Assembly (NCBI GenBank): GCA_946965045.2
Contig: OX337236.1
Span: forward strand, 2,294,001 to 2,358,000
Direction: 5' to 3'
From: Epithemia pelagica
Lineage: Eukaryota > Protista > Bacillariophyta
DNA length: 64,000 nucleotides
Part shown: one piece after another, positions 33,561 through 46,868 of the stretch
Layout: each line of letters begins with the position of its first letter
Position numbering within the stretch: position 1 is the stretch's first letter
Made by a program: the position numbers and the translations under genes
Notes under the pieces: model-generated
What the model saw: the letters and a program-made list of their open reading frames with translations, nothing else
Databases searched by the model: none
Told to the model about the DNA's origin: nothing

Positions 33561-36500
33561 ATGAGTTCTGCAGCACAATTCACAGCGGCCAAGGCCATGG
33601 GGCCACAGTCGCAACGATACGGAAATCAGTACTCTCGTTGGCCAAAGAAGAGTTGGAAGAAGCGTTCAGGTTGGAGAAAGATGGACCTTTCGGTCATCTT
33701 TGAGTCCGACATCGACTGCCCCATCTGCAGGGCCAAGGCAAGAGGAATGGCCATCCCTCATCGCCCCCACCACCCCAGATGCAGCAAAAACACAACAACA
33801 AGGGGCAAGGGAATGAACGATGGAAGAGGAGCAGAGGTGGTGGCCTCAGAAAAGGCCCAGGCTGTCCATGCAGCAGCAATTCGCAAACCACTTACCAGTG
33901 GTGAGAAACTGTCCGCCTCCAATGTTACGAAGGAGGCAGTGGACGTTTTCATGCGACCTCGTCCCAATTGCACGTCGAAAAACGCAAAGAGAGGGGCTGA
34001 AAATGAAAACACAGAATCTACTAGTGTGACTATGGCAACGGAAAGTTCTACCGTTGGTGGCGAGGAAGGCGCGTATGTTCCAACAGCCGAAGATTTCAAG
34101 TTTGAGGTAATTATGCGTGTGACAGCAGTACCTACGGAGGTGCATGTCCCACGTGCTGTGCATGCGTTGGCGAGTTATGTGACCGACACGTGCCTTGGTT
34201 CTAAGCGTTGTGTTGAGAATTTGAAACCTTTCTTCACTAATATAACCGTTACTGTACCCCCCATTGCCGACAACACGAGTGCTTTGTACGACTCGATTGT
34301 GGGACAGGAACTCCTGGTTGTTGATTGGGAGCTGTTTTTCCCCAGTCACCACTTGCGTTGTCCTCGTTGCCGGGGTAATCTCCAGCGTACGCGATCGAAC
34401 TTTTCAAAAAACAAGTCCCTTTTCCCCATTTTCGCCATGTCTGGTCCCCCAAAGTATGCAATACTTATGGGATACAAGTGTGCCGGGTGCTCGGCTGCCT
34501 TCTATGCGAATGATGGAGAATTGCCCGCACGACTTCCTCCCTACATGGCTATGTGTTACCCAGTGGAACCCAAGTATGCTAGAGGAACATTGCATCTAGC
34601 TAAAGATGCTACGAGGATAATGGAAGCATCAATGGTAACCTATGGCAATGGGGATTACATCAGTCGGATGCTATATGAAGGAATCAATACCTACTATGAA
34701 GACAAGACAATGAGATACTATTCTTATTGTGCTGCTACAGGAAAAGAATCAGAAGACTACGTGCAAAAGGATGGTGAGTTTATGGTTCGCTACCCACCTT
34801 TAGGCGAGACAATCCGCCAGCTATATGATGATGGAGCAAGCTCCGAATGGCAACCCTGGATGGTGTCTGACAATGAGAGAAACACAAGAGAGATTCAAGG
34901 GGTTAGATGCCAGCACATGTTTGCTCACGACCACACCCACCAGGTAGTGAAAAATTATCCAAGACGCCTCAATGCAGCTGCAATGTGGACCATGGCAACA
35001 GAGGCAGGAGAAATTGCTTGTGCAGTGTTAGTGCACGACACATCAGCACTCGAGTTTGCACATGCTGCGGAACAAGTGCTGAGATGTACCGGGTTTTGCC
35101 CCAAGGCCATGTACTCTGACACATGGCCTTGTGGCAAGGATTTTTGGTTGTTGTTGGTTGATGACTTGGAGGGCCGTCTTGGCCTTTTCCATTTCATACA
35201 GAGGATAACCAAGACGCTCAGACAACGGCACATTGACTTTGGGATAGCCATGAAGGATTTGTTGGATGCAATCTACGAGTACCATCCTGAAGACTTGGAG
35301 AAACTTGTTGGCTGTTTGAAAAATGGCACCATGTCAAGCTCCAAGAAACAATACACAGACGAAGAGATCAGTGAAATGATGGGAACCAAGACCTTTCGAC
35401 AGAGGTACTCAAAGAACTTACGGAAGATTATTCGGGGTGGCGATACGATTGTCCTCAAGTTGGAGGAGTGGAAGTGCAAATACAAGTGCACTTCCACTCC
35501 TGGCAAGCCACCAGCACGAGGCCAATTGGATCCACACTCCAATCAACCTCTTTTTACGGCCGAAACACATCAAGCACTGGAAAACTGTAAAGAGAAGGCA
35601 AAGTTCCTTGCTGATCCCTTGCCCGTGGAGAAAATGTATCGTGAGATACCTCCATCACCAAGATCAAGCAACCAGCTAGTGGAGTACGTACCTTTGAGAG
35701 GAGAGAGTAAGCTCGAGAGCTTTCATGATAATTCGACGCATTTTGCCAACTGTGGCATGTGAGAAACTCTCGCAGATGCTTTGAATTTGGCAGGCACGGC
35801 CCAGTATAACAGGGCAATTCGTCACAAGATGAGAATCATGACGAAGTCTCAAGAAGAACGTTCAGTGGTGCCTGCAGGATGGGAAATGGTGGTGAGTTTT
35901 GGTAACGCATGCAAAACAAACATGATCAATATACTTGCCTCAATGTCTGGAGCTTCTCGTCCTCCCTTTCCAGAGGTTGAGAAGCTTCCAGAAGATACGG
36001 GAGAACGGTTTTTCTCCGAGTACCTGGAAACGAGAAAAGAAATCACGCAACAAGTTCCAAAGCATCCACTCAACGATCGATGCCAGTGCCGAAAATGTGC
36101 GAGCAACAAGAAGAGGTTGCCGCATGACACGTCCATTCCATTGTTGGGTTTGGCAGAGGAGGAGTCAGAGGTCGAAGATGAAATCCAACAACAGGACAGC
36201 GAGGAGAATCCAGCCAAAATACAACAACCACAGACACAGCCAGAAACACAACAACAGACACGGCAAGAAACACAACAACAGACACAACAACAAGAAACAG
36301 CACAAGCACAGGCAATCAGTAGCAATAAGAGAAAGGAAAGAGAGGGAGAAGAAAAAGAGAGCGACGATTTGGATGAGAACAACACCAGCAACAAAAAGCA
36401 AAAGGTTAACGAAGCCTTACCAACAACAACGATGGCAGCAACAAATCAATCAGCAGCGACAGTGCAGGATCAACAACAACAACACAAAGAGCCTCAAAAT

Positions 36501-36881
36501 GCAGCAAACAGCACACCTGCAATGGCAACAACAGCAAATGGGTTGGTGGTACTGCAATCGGCAACAACAACAACGACAACAAGACAGAAAAACCAACCTG
36601 TCAACCCGTACAAGCAAAATCAGCAACGGCCAACAACACTCCCCGATCAACAGCAATACCCCTTTGCATTCCACAGCAATCCCCATGGCTGGGGTGGTCT
36701 TCAATCCGTCCCGAGATGTATGCCCACCTTTCCTCCCTTCGGACCACCACCTCGTGTCCAAACCCAGTTCTGTTGCGTCAAGTACATGAAGTACTGCGTA
36801 GAACGAGGGAAAGGACGTCCACCCCATGACCGACGCTGCCCCAAACGAGCCTTGAACAAGGCACCATCTTCATTCTCTTGA
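33561..36881 (+). pseudogene. Large DDE transposase (about 1100 aa, Mutator/hAT/P-like fold class) with one internal TGA
   Basis: Candidate catalytic pattern AHDHTHQV (D), MYSDTWPC (D), RLGLFHFIQR (xxxH), RGESKLESFH (E); CxxC zinc motifs; same-frame continuation after TGA at 35760-35762. TIRs not found. Confidence 0.65.
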
Positions 36882-37614
36882 TTGACCTGAATACCTGCAT
36901 GACAAACAACAAAAAGAAAAATTCGTAGTGAGTAACATCGTAGCAAAAAAAATTATGACAAGATCTTGTGCGAGGTGCAAGCAGTTCCGATCGTGATGCG
37001 AAGCACAGACTGGATACGCCTCATCACATGCTACGTAGAACCACGTGAAAGGTCATCGGATGGTCGGGAGGATTGTACCAGTGTAGAATGTCGTTTCAAT
37101 AACAAAAAGGTGCTGAAACGACATGAAGGGCTTAATCGTTTTGGAGGGGAAGTGCCTTCTCCCCTCTGAGGGAAGCTTGGAGCTTCCTAGAACATTTCAT
37201 ACGTCAGAGGAAACAAACGTGAGACTGCGAGCAATACGCGGATCGATTTCATGAAGGAATCTGACTTACGGAATCTCCTTCTTCTCTCCTTCTCTCTCCC
37301 CCTCCTCTCCCCCTCTCCTCTGCCTTCTCCCCCCCTATTTTCTTGGGAACCTACCTAGTTTATAAGGAGTATTAATACTTCGACGCCAGGGTTTTGTAGC
37401 GAACACTTACAATAGGCAATTGAAGTTTGTTCCCCTTCACTCCTACTGTGAGCTTTTGATTTGGGTCCCTGAAACAGACCATCTGCCTCCATTGATAACA
37501 CCCGATAGCGAAACTCATTGAAGGAGCCAAAAGCAACTCGAATTGCTACATCTTAACGTTTACAATAGCGAGAAGGAGGAGTACAAACCCGCAAAAAACA
37601 GGAAATGGCAGAAT

Positions 37615-40324
37615 TTAACTCCGTCCAGTCTTAGCACGGGTCTTGTCTGGTCGTCCTCTATGATTGCTCATCGTTGTGATAGAGGCAGGAGTTTGGTTGT
37701 TGATGGTGGCAGTGGCGATTGTGGATGGACTGGCTCTCCAACGTAGGCGTTGTTTAAGATTCTTCACTTCTTCACGCATCAAGCTACCCAAAACATCTGC
37801 ACAATAGCGTAAAATCGTATGATGCAACTCATTACCTCCGCCAGAGGATGCATCGTCCTCTTCTTCATCTTCTTCCACCGTAGCATGGTGATGATGACTA
37901 TTTCGAGTATTCCCTATCGACAAAGAAGCTGACACTGGAGACGCCATGCCATTCGATTCATCCTCCATCCGACGAATCAAGGCATCAAAGTTGTCCGTTC
38001 GAAGTGGAGGTGGATTCCACATTGCATTCGCAGTGCTACCACCTAGACCAGCTCTACTAGTCGATGAGCACAGGGATGATTCATCCATCACTGTCTGACC
38101 AGATCGCGTCAATTTGACCTCGACACCACCATTGTGGCCATAGCTACTCGAGGACGAAGAAGGTGATACTTGTGTTTGCTGTTCGTTCCATTGCTGTTCG
38201 ATAGCTGTCAGATCTTGCTCCATAACTTGCAGTACATCCATTCCAGTCTTAGCCCACAAGGCAAAATGATGCAACACTTCCTTCTCACCCTTGACTTGAA
38301 TCTTGGCATGTCGACGATTGGAAAATCGGGGGTAGGCTTGTTCGTCAGCCAAATCAGCTACATCTTGTGCCAGCGTTGTGGGGTAGCGAGATAAATGCTC
38401 TCCAACCAAATCCAAGAGGAGCCGCAACGCTGCGCGTTCATTGCGCAACGAAACGGGGTGTCGTATGTCCCTGCACGAGCGGAAAAATGATGCAGATGTG
38501 GAAGATACTGACGGAGTCGCCCCAGTTAACAATGCCGTTGGTGTCCCCGAGAGAATGTGGTTATACTGGTAATGAGCCTGTTGTTGTTGATAGTGCTGGT
38601 GATGAAATTGCTGCGGATGAGCAGATGAAAATCCAAACATGGCAGAAGTTCGTGAAGGTGATGATGCATCGTGGTGGCTGTTCGTCGGATTGTGTACTCC
38701 GAAACTTGAGGACGATATCGGTGCCCTAATCGCTCTTAATTCAGCTTCATTGCAAGCCAAGGCTCGCAGTAAACTGAATAGAAGACGAGTATTTTCATTA
38801 TTTGAAACACACACACGGACCCGTTTCAGTATATTAGAATGCGCCGAAGATGTCATTGAAGCTGTTGACGACAGAGAAGAAGAACCTGAATGCGGTGCCT
38901 GTTGTGCTGCAACAAGGTCAGATTGCGCCGACGAAGACGAGTTTGCTTTGGCACCCGATGCAAATATACGGCTAGCACGACCGGGGCCTCCGAAACGGCT
39001 CTTGTGGGAGGTTGTTGCTTGCTGAGATGATCCGAACTGAGGACTGGTTGTTGCCGTGGCTGAACTGGCCATGGACGGCATGTTGGACATGTTTTGTATA
39101 GATGGTGGCGGTTGTTGTTGATGATGATGATACCCGACTTCACCTCTCGTCCAAAATTCCACCTTTTCGGCGTACGTCGGATCATTCGGGTCAACTCCCA
39201 ACTCCAAAGGAACTTCATTCGGACAGAACCCATCAAGTTCACGGTTTTCCTCCACTGCAAAGCCATAATTTAACAAGAAGCGGTGGTTACATTTTTGTCC
39301 GTAACTGTCGTACACCTGCGCACCAGCGGGAATATGTTGCAACGTCGTAATAGTAAAGGCGTTTTGTTCTTCATCAAACGTCCATTTCGTCTCGCGAGGT
39401 CGATAATGATTCAACATATCAGCATGAGGTACCAGTGCTGATGTTCGATGACCGTCAATCTGCAAACCAAAATTTCTACTACACACACACATGCGGGCCC
39501 ATTTGAATTCGTTCAAGGTACATATCTGCCGCAACGACGGTGCCACGGCACAGATGGTATGATAATCTTCTGCAATCGCTTGATTGCGATCCGCAATTTG
39601 ATGCAACAAGTAACTTCCTTGGAGTTCGGCCAGCTCCTCTGGTGACCAAAATATTGGCATATTGTTTAATGTTTTGGGAAGCGTGGCATAGTAGGGCGCA
39701 AAGAATGAGTTATCGCCATGAACTTTGCGATCCCATAGAATGTAAATCATGAGATAAATGTGTTTGGGAGCATCCAAGTCCAAGTCGGAATGGTATATGG
39801 CTTGTCCAATCGAAGTGGCTTGACCCATTTCAACAGTGATTAAACACCTCCGTGGGATGCTCATACAAATTGTGTTGGGAGGAACATGTTGTTTTGCGTG
39901 AATCCCACGCATTTCTGATTCATCTTGTTGTTGGGTAACAACTCGTTCCTCATTGTCTTCATCATCGTCAATGGAAGAAGTGGTCATCTCCTTCTTCTCC
40001 TCCCCACCACCACTTCCCAGGAAACTCGTCGCCTTGTTTTGTTTTGTGCTTCCAAGGTTGCTCGTACTGCTGCTTCCACCGCCCGTTTCATATTCACACA
40101 ACTCCAACTAAAAGTCATTGAACGAAAAAGACGCATGAGAAAAATTCTCTTCCAAACCATACTGTGGACATCTTGCTGCGCTTTCGACCTGTCTGGAGAT
40201 TCACATGTAACAGAGAAGCACACCGCAGTCACAAAGACGAGGAAACCAAAGTCCGAATACGCACCTGCTCAAATCGTGCTCCGTTTTCTCGTAACCAAGT
40301 TTCAAACCTGGCATACTTATCCAT
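37615..40324 (-). CDS. SET-domain protein lysine/histidine methyltransferase, SETD3/Rubisco-LSMT family, about 850 aa
   Basis: Exon 1 40324-40265 (MDKYARFETWLRENGARFEQ), intron 40264-40108; motifs RGIHAK, YYATLP, ALVPHADMLNH, QVYDSYG..N..LLNYGF; substrate-binding-domain-like C-terminal part with long low-complexity inserts. Confidence 0.9.
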
Positions 40325-41106
40325 TCTCACTCTCCTTGGCCGACGATGTACTCTTCCTCGTTGTGTGTGTGTGTGTGTGTGTGTGTTTCTTGATTACACA
40401 CACGACTCCTTGCAACGAAACGCAGTATTCCAATCCAGCAGCGGAAAATTAGAAAATTGGCGATACCAGTGGGAAACTTCCTCTCCCTGACCAATCACAA
40501 TCTGGTCAATGATACCACCAAAAGTCTATCGACTGCGTCAAATGCAGCTATCCTGAATTGGGTATCGCAGTGGCCTGTCTCTTCAGAAAAGGACAAGGGG
40601 TGACACTCTCGGTCAACAAGATGGTGTTGTACTTGGCACCTGCCACTGCCTCTGTCATCAGACTTTCGATGTCGAAGAAGACGATGGTTGGGAGAGCTGA
40701 GCCAAAAAATTATCTGTTGCGTGGCTCGCGCTCCACAAAAAGGCACTCCTAGCGGTCCGTTAACCAACGCAAGTAAAAATGATCAAAGAACCAAAGACTT
40801 CATCGCGATGGAAATACACCATCGGAAGAAACCGACACAATGACCATCACGAACGTAAATGCATTGGGCTTATCTTTGCAGGAGATCTACCAACTACAAA
40901 ATACACAAACAAAGCATCGACTTGAAAGACTAAATTCATCGAAGAGCTCGGGTCTAGGGGAGAGTCGTTAACATACGAACACCAGGAAATAAAGTCACGT
41001 TGGACTTTTCCCCATCTTCTCAAGCAAAAAGTGATCAATTCTTACAAGAATAGTGCTAGTAGTATCAAACTTCATTCCAAGACTAGTAGGCGTATTTGAT
41101 AATGAC

Positions 41107-42611
<1,505 letters not shown>

Positions 42612-43344
42612 GGTGATTGTTCTTTTTCCGTTTCCAATTCGATGATCAGACTTTTTATGACCGGTTCGCTGCTTGATTCTGCGAAGAGAGAAGAGTCCCA
42701 TTCCCACGCGGGCGAGACCCGATGTTCCTCGCACTCTACTTTTTTGAAGGCACTTGGAAATCTTGAGCGGTCGAAGATTCATATAGTACACTAAATGGTA
42801 TATACCAGAGGAATCGTGACTATTGAATATAACGGCCGGACATCTTTGGTCGTTGCACGTTTCCCAATAACAACCTGGTGGATGGTCATGTTTGATGGGG
42901 ATCGACAATCGACATCGACCTAATCCCAAACGTGTATGAGATCATCGGGATTGACTCTACGATTACACGATTGATCATATCGCCATGTCGGTCCAAGACA
43001 TTGCCCATTGCCAATGGAGCATCGATGAAGATTCGAGGGATCGAAATGATAGCAATATTCAAAGCAGTCGAGGGTTGGAGTTTTCTATGCCATTAACCAA
43101 GATTGTCTCCAATTGTGTCCTGATACATGGTGCGGCCGTCTTAGCCGTCACTGGCAGTCGACTCTGCTTTGAGGCGACTAGGTTTTGGGCGATGTTCGAT
43201 GTGATAGCCATAATCGCTCTTCGTTGATCTGATAAAAGGCCCGTAGAAGGTTCGTCGTCCCCGTTATCCCAAGAGATGGTCGCATAGTTCCGTCTTTCCA
43301 GCAGCAAAATGGTTTACTCTGTGGTTATACAGGAAAGGCCCATT

Positions 43345-44253
43345 TTATCTTTGGAGTTTTTGAAAGACGTAGCAACCAGCTTTTCTCCAATCGTTACTTC
43401 CGTCTTGCAGCCATGTCCAAGCACCACCACTTTTTCTCTTGGTATCCTCTGATTGGGTGCAGAACAAAACGTTTCGCCTCAACTCATTCGGAACTACTCC
43501 TGAGACGCTGATCAGTAACCCATTTGGTCGTAACACGCGATGTAAATTTTGCACTGCCGCTTCAACATTGCTTGTGTCATCGTCGCTGTCGTCTGTTGAA
43601 TCCGTGAATCCTCCTCCGGACGACAAGTATACAGCATCCAATAACCCCTTTTCTAAGATCACATCAAAGGTATTTGTCCATTCCTGTGGGAGTTGAGTTA
43701 CATCGCCTTGAACAACATAGACGTTGTCATTGTCGACGTTACACTCAATCTGGTCAAACGACAAAAGCTCCACCTGTCGTTCCACGGCATGTTCGGAATA
43801 ATCTTGTCCGATCAAACAGCCCCCTTGTCGTCCGTATCCAGCCTTGAACAGATCCAACATAATGGAGTCATTGCCAATCCCTGGAACTAACATGCGCACA
43901 TTGTCCTTATCTGGGACGTATTCTTCGACAACTTTGCGCAAAACCTCCCATCCGTAATACCATGAATAGCAGTCCGCTGGGAAATCTCCCCTACCCATAT
44001 AGACGTCATCCCAGTAGGCTTTTGTGCCAAACATGGATCGGGCATTGGTATCATCGACAGCAACCGCAACATCAGCGTCTAACGTCTCTGTATCGACAAC
44101 CACCGCAGTCCTTAACGTCGGACTGAAAAAGTGGTCTCTGCCTGACCCAATTGAGGAGGATGGGATCGGAAAGGATTCAGTTTCCGTTACCTTTTTGACA
44201 CTCAAGAGAACCCATAGCAGCGTTTGACTGCTGAGAGCCAACTGACACTTCAT
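43345..44253 (-). CDS. Class I SAM-dependent methyltransferase (EEF1AKMT4/METTL13 N-domain-like) with a probable plastid presequence
   Basis: FGTKAYWDDVY, SWYYGW, MLVPGIGND, QDYSEHAV, DVILEKGLLDAV, LRPNG; N-terminal hydrophobic stretch ending TES-FP. Confidence 0.85.
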   Translation of the reverse strand: MKCQLALSSQTLLWVLLSVKKVTETESFPIPSSSIGSGRDHFFSPTLRTAVVVDTETLDADVAVAVDDTNARSMFGTKAYWDDVYMGRGDFPADCYSWYYGWEVLRKVVEEYVPDKDNVRMLVPGIGNDSIMLDLFKAGYGRQGGCLIGQDYSEHAVERQVELLSFDQIECNVDNDNVYVVQGDVTQLPQEWTNTFDVILEKGLLDAVYLSSGGGFTDSTDDSDDDTSNVEAAVQNLHRVLRPNGLLISVSGVVPNELRRNVLFCTQSEDTKRKSGGAWTWLQDGSNDWRKAGCYVFQKLQR

Positions 44254-44980
44254 TCTGTTTGCCCAATGTTGTATTCAAAAAGTTTGTTTGGATTGGTTGT
44301 TGGTTGTGCTTCTCTCATGGTGAAAGTGGTGACAATGCCATTCTGTGAATTACGTCAGATCATAGCTGTTTACAGCGACTTATATGCGATCAGTGTGATT
44401 TTCCGTTGGGATGCCGAACAGGAGAACGCCTTCTCCCAAAAAATGGGATTTTGGTGAGAAGCTGTCGTGATCGTGGTTGGAAGTGAGGTTGAGAGACTCT
44501 CAACGATCGTCTTGATCCTATATAGTGAGAGTGAAAAGCGCGAAAGTATTCGTACTTGCAACGAACGGCACTCCAACCGAGGAGTGAAAATTATTTCGCT
44601 CTCTCAACGAGGATACGACGAAAGATCGGTTAAATCTCAACGAATAGAATTCATATACGGCGTCTTCTTCGTCCATGTACGAGTAACGCGCCTTCCCATT
44701 ACCCATGTAAAACACACAAAGGGAACAGTCTAACCCCATGGGAACGAAACGAATTCGCAGATTCGGCGTTTCTTGACCGCTCCACAGTAGTTTCTTCCCT
44801 CCCAACTTTTTCCTGGCACGGAAAGGAGCCCTCTCCATATCAATACGCAACAACATCGATTACAAGAAAACGGAGTCAATCTTTCGGCAGGCGAACAAAC
44901 ATTCCGAAAGAACCAGTTTGTCAAACCAACGCCATCCAAACGACCCTCTTGCCTTTGAAATCCCAAACGTCGTCGGTATC

Positions 44981-46027
44981 ATGAAGAGTTTTACCCATGA
45001 GGACCAAGAACCACCGATAACGCACCATAAGTTGCCTGTGGAGTTCCGGAGACGAACCGGTAGCGATACTTCCTCCTCCTCTTCTATCAGCGATGGTACG
45101 AATCACGATGAGACGGGCCCTCCTCCTTTTTCTCCCACTGTTACGACAGGAAGCTCCTCCTCCATGAACAGTTCTACGCCACACATGCTTTCTGGAATGC
45201 GCGACCGTACTTTTACCAACGATTCTTTTCCCACAAGTGATATTATTGGACCACAACAGTATCCTGATGATGACTTCTATGAAGAAGATGCCATTGTTGT
45301 AGATCACGAGCTTTATGCGTCTTCCCCTATTGGATGGAGTCCACAACGACCTCAGCAGTCATGCACAACAAGTGTTGCATCATTCACATCACTGCCTCCA
45401 CCGTCTCGCAAGAGTCCATCGAGTCTACGCCATCCATATCCTCCTTCTTGTTACACACCGCATGGTTTGGTGGCTCCCCCGCGGCGTCGCCGTAACAGGC
45501 GTCGTCCCGCTTCCTCGACTCCATCGAAACGGTCCAGGCCCTTTCATTTTTGCCGTGATCCACCTTCTCCCGTTCGTGTCACGGCAATTTCAAACTTGGC
45601 CGATCACATGAATAGTGTGTGTCGAATTGGTGGTGACGACGCAGTTGGGGGTACTGCTCAAGCCATCAATAGGGAAAAGATGGCCATTCATCATGCTAGC
45701 ACCGAGACTTGTAAGAAGAACGAGGACAACACTGGCAACAGTATTGATAAAAAGGAAAATATTCCGCCGTCACTGGTCCATATAACCTTCGAGGCAAGTG
45801 CAAGTTCTCCGCTCACCCGGAATTCTTTCAACACTACCGACAACATGGAGAATATGGTTCTATCCATGATTTCTTCACCATCCCCGTCCCCACCTTATTC
45901 GGCCAAATCACATCACCGCCTCAGTTCGATCACAACACCACCGCGACGCCCTTCGTCCACGGTCGCTCGTCCTCGGAAACATCGAAGGAATCGTACGCAC
46001 ATTGTGTTTTGTGGCGGGAGCACGTAA
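44981..46027 (+). CDS. Hypothetical Ser/Pro/Arg-rich protein (about 348 aa)
   Basis: Long intact ORF divergent from the methyltransferase; no domain recognised. Confidence 0.65.
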   Translation: MKSFTHEDQEPPITHHKLPVEFRRRTGSDTSSSSSISDGTNHDETGPPPFSPTVTTGSSSSMNSSTPHMLSGMRDRTFTNDSFPTSDIIGPQQYPDDDFYEEDAIVVDHELYASSPIGWSPQRPQQSCTTSVASFTSLPPPSRKSPSSLRHPYPPSCYTPHGLVAPPRRRRNRRRPASSTPSKRSRPFHFCRDPPSPVRVTAISNLADHMNSVCRIGGDDAVGGTAQAINREKMAIHHASTETCKKNEDNTGNSIDKKENIPPSLVHITFEASASSPLTRNSFNTTDNMENMVLSMISSPSPSPPYSAKSHHRLSSITTPPRRPSSTVARPRKHRRNRTHIVFCGGST

Positions 46028-46868
46028 ATCTACAGCAAATTTGGCTCATTCCTTTTGACAGGGGCAAAAGATGAGTCGATCATAAGCTGCGTCTGGGGAT
46101 AGGAGCTGTCAATGTTTCAAACCAATGTGACTATCATCGTGTACAACATTGCTGGCAATACTAAGTAGTTTCTTGAAATAAGGGTGGGCAACAAAATGAT
46201 ATATTAGCACACTGAGAGTTATTTTGTCGTTCATTACATGTACAACACGCACACATTTTTCGAGTGAAGCGACTTAATCACTCAAGGACGAATCAAAAGA
46301 ATTTTTGTCCAAATGGGATTGGCCATGAGAAAAGGGCGCACCATTGCCATGACGAGCTTTCAGTGAAGAATGAATCTGTCTGTTCGATCAGTTTGAGCAA
46401 GGGTATCATCTATTGAAGGATTGAAGGGTTGCGATGCAGAGACTGCTTACCTAGGTAGCTAGGAGTTGTCTACAAGTGGGAGTGGGAGTTTGGCATGCTT
46501 TGTTGTGGCAAGAGGGAAATGTCAAAAAGGCTTCTAGACGCAAACGCAATCTACTAGGAGTAGGAGTAGATAGTGAGGATGCTTGCTATTGCTCTAGGTA
46601 GGTAGTCCTACATTAGTGCTATGTGGTGTGCGCTACAACAATCGGAACAGAGGAGTTGGAATTTCTCGCCCTGCGCGCACACTTTCATTTGACGGTCATT
46701 AGTCGTACCGATCGGTCCATTCTTGTTTCGTCTTCATACGGTGCTTCCCTTTCTCGAAGAAGGACTTCAATTCTTGTGTATGATCGGAATTACAAAGGCA
46801 AAGGTTTGCTCAACAGCAACACTGCAAGGCTAAGCAAAGCACAGGAACAAGAGGCTACGAAGAATAAA

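Noticed and set aside
37144-37190. Hairpins followed by CTAG as a Helitron 3' end
   Set aside because: Spacing is atypical, no matching 5' TC end was identified, and no Rep/helicase sequence is in the window.
37265-37340. Polypyrimidine tract at the TE/gene boundary as an insulator or H-DNA element
   Set aside because: Simple low-complexity sequence; no evidence of function from sequence alone.
42760-42810. Heat-shock element and TATA box upstream of polyubiquitin
   Set aside because: Only one GAAnnTTC unit is present; too short to support.
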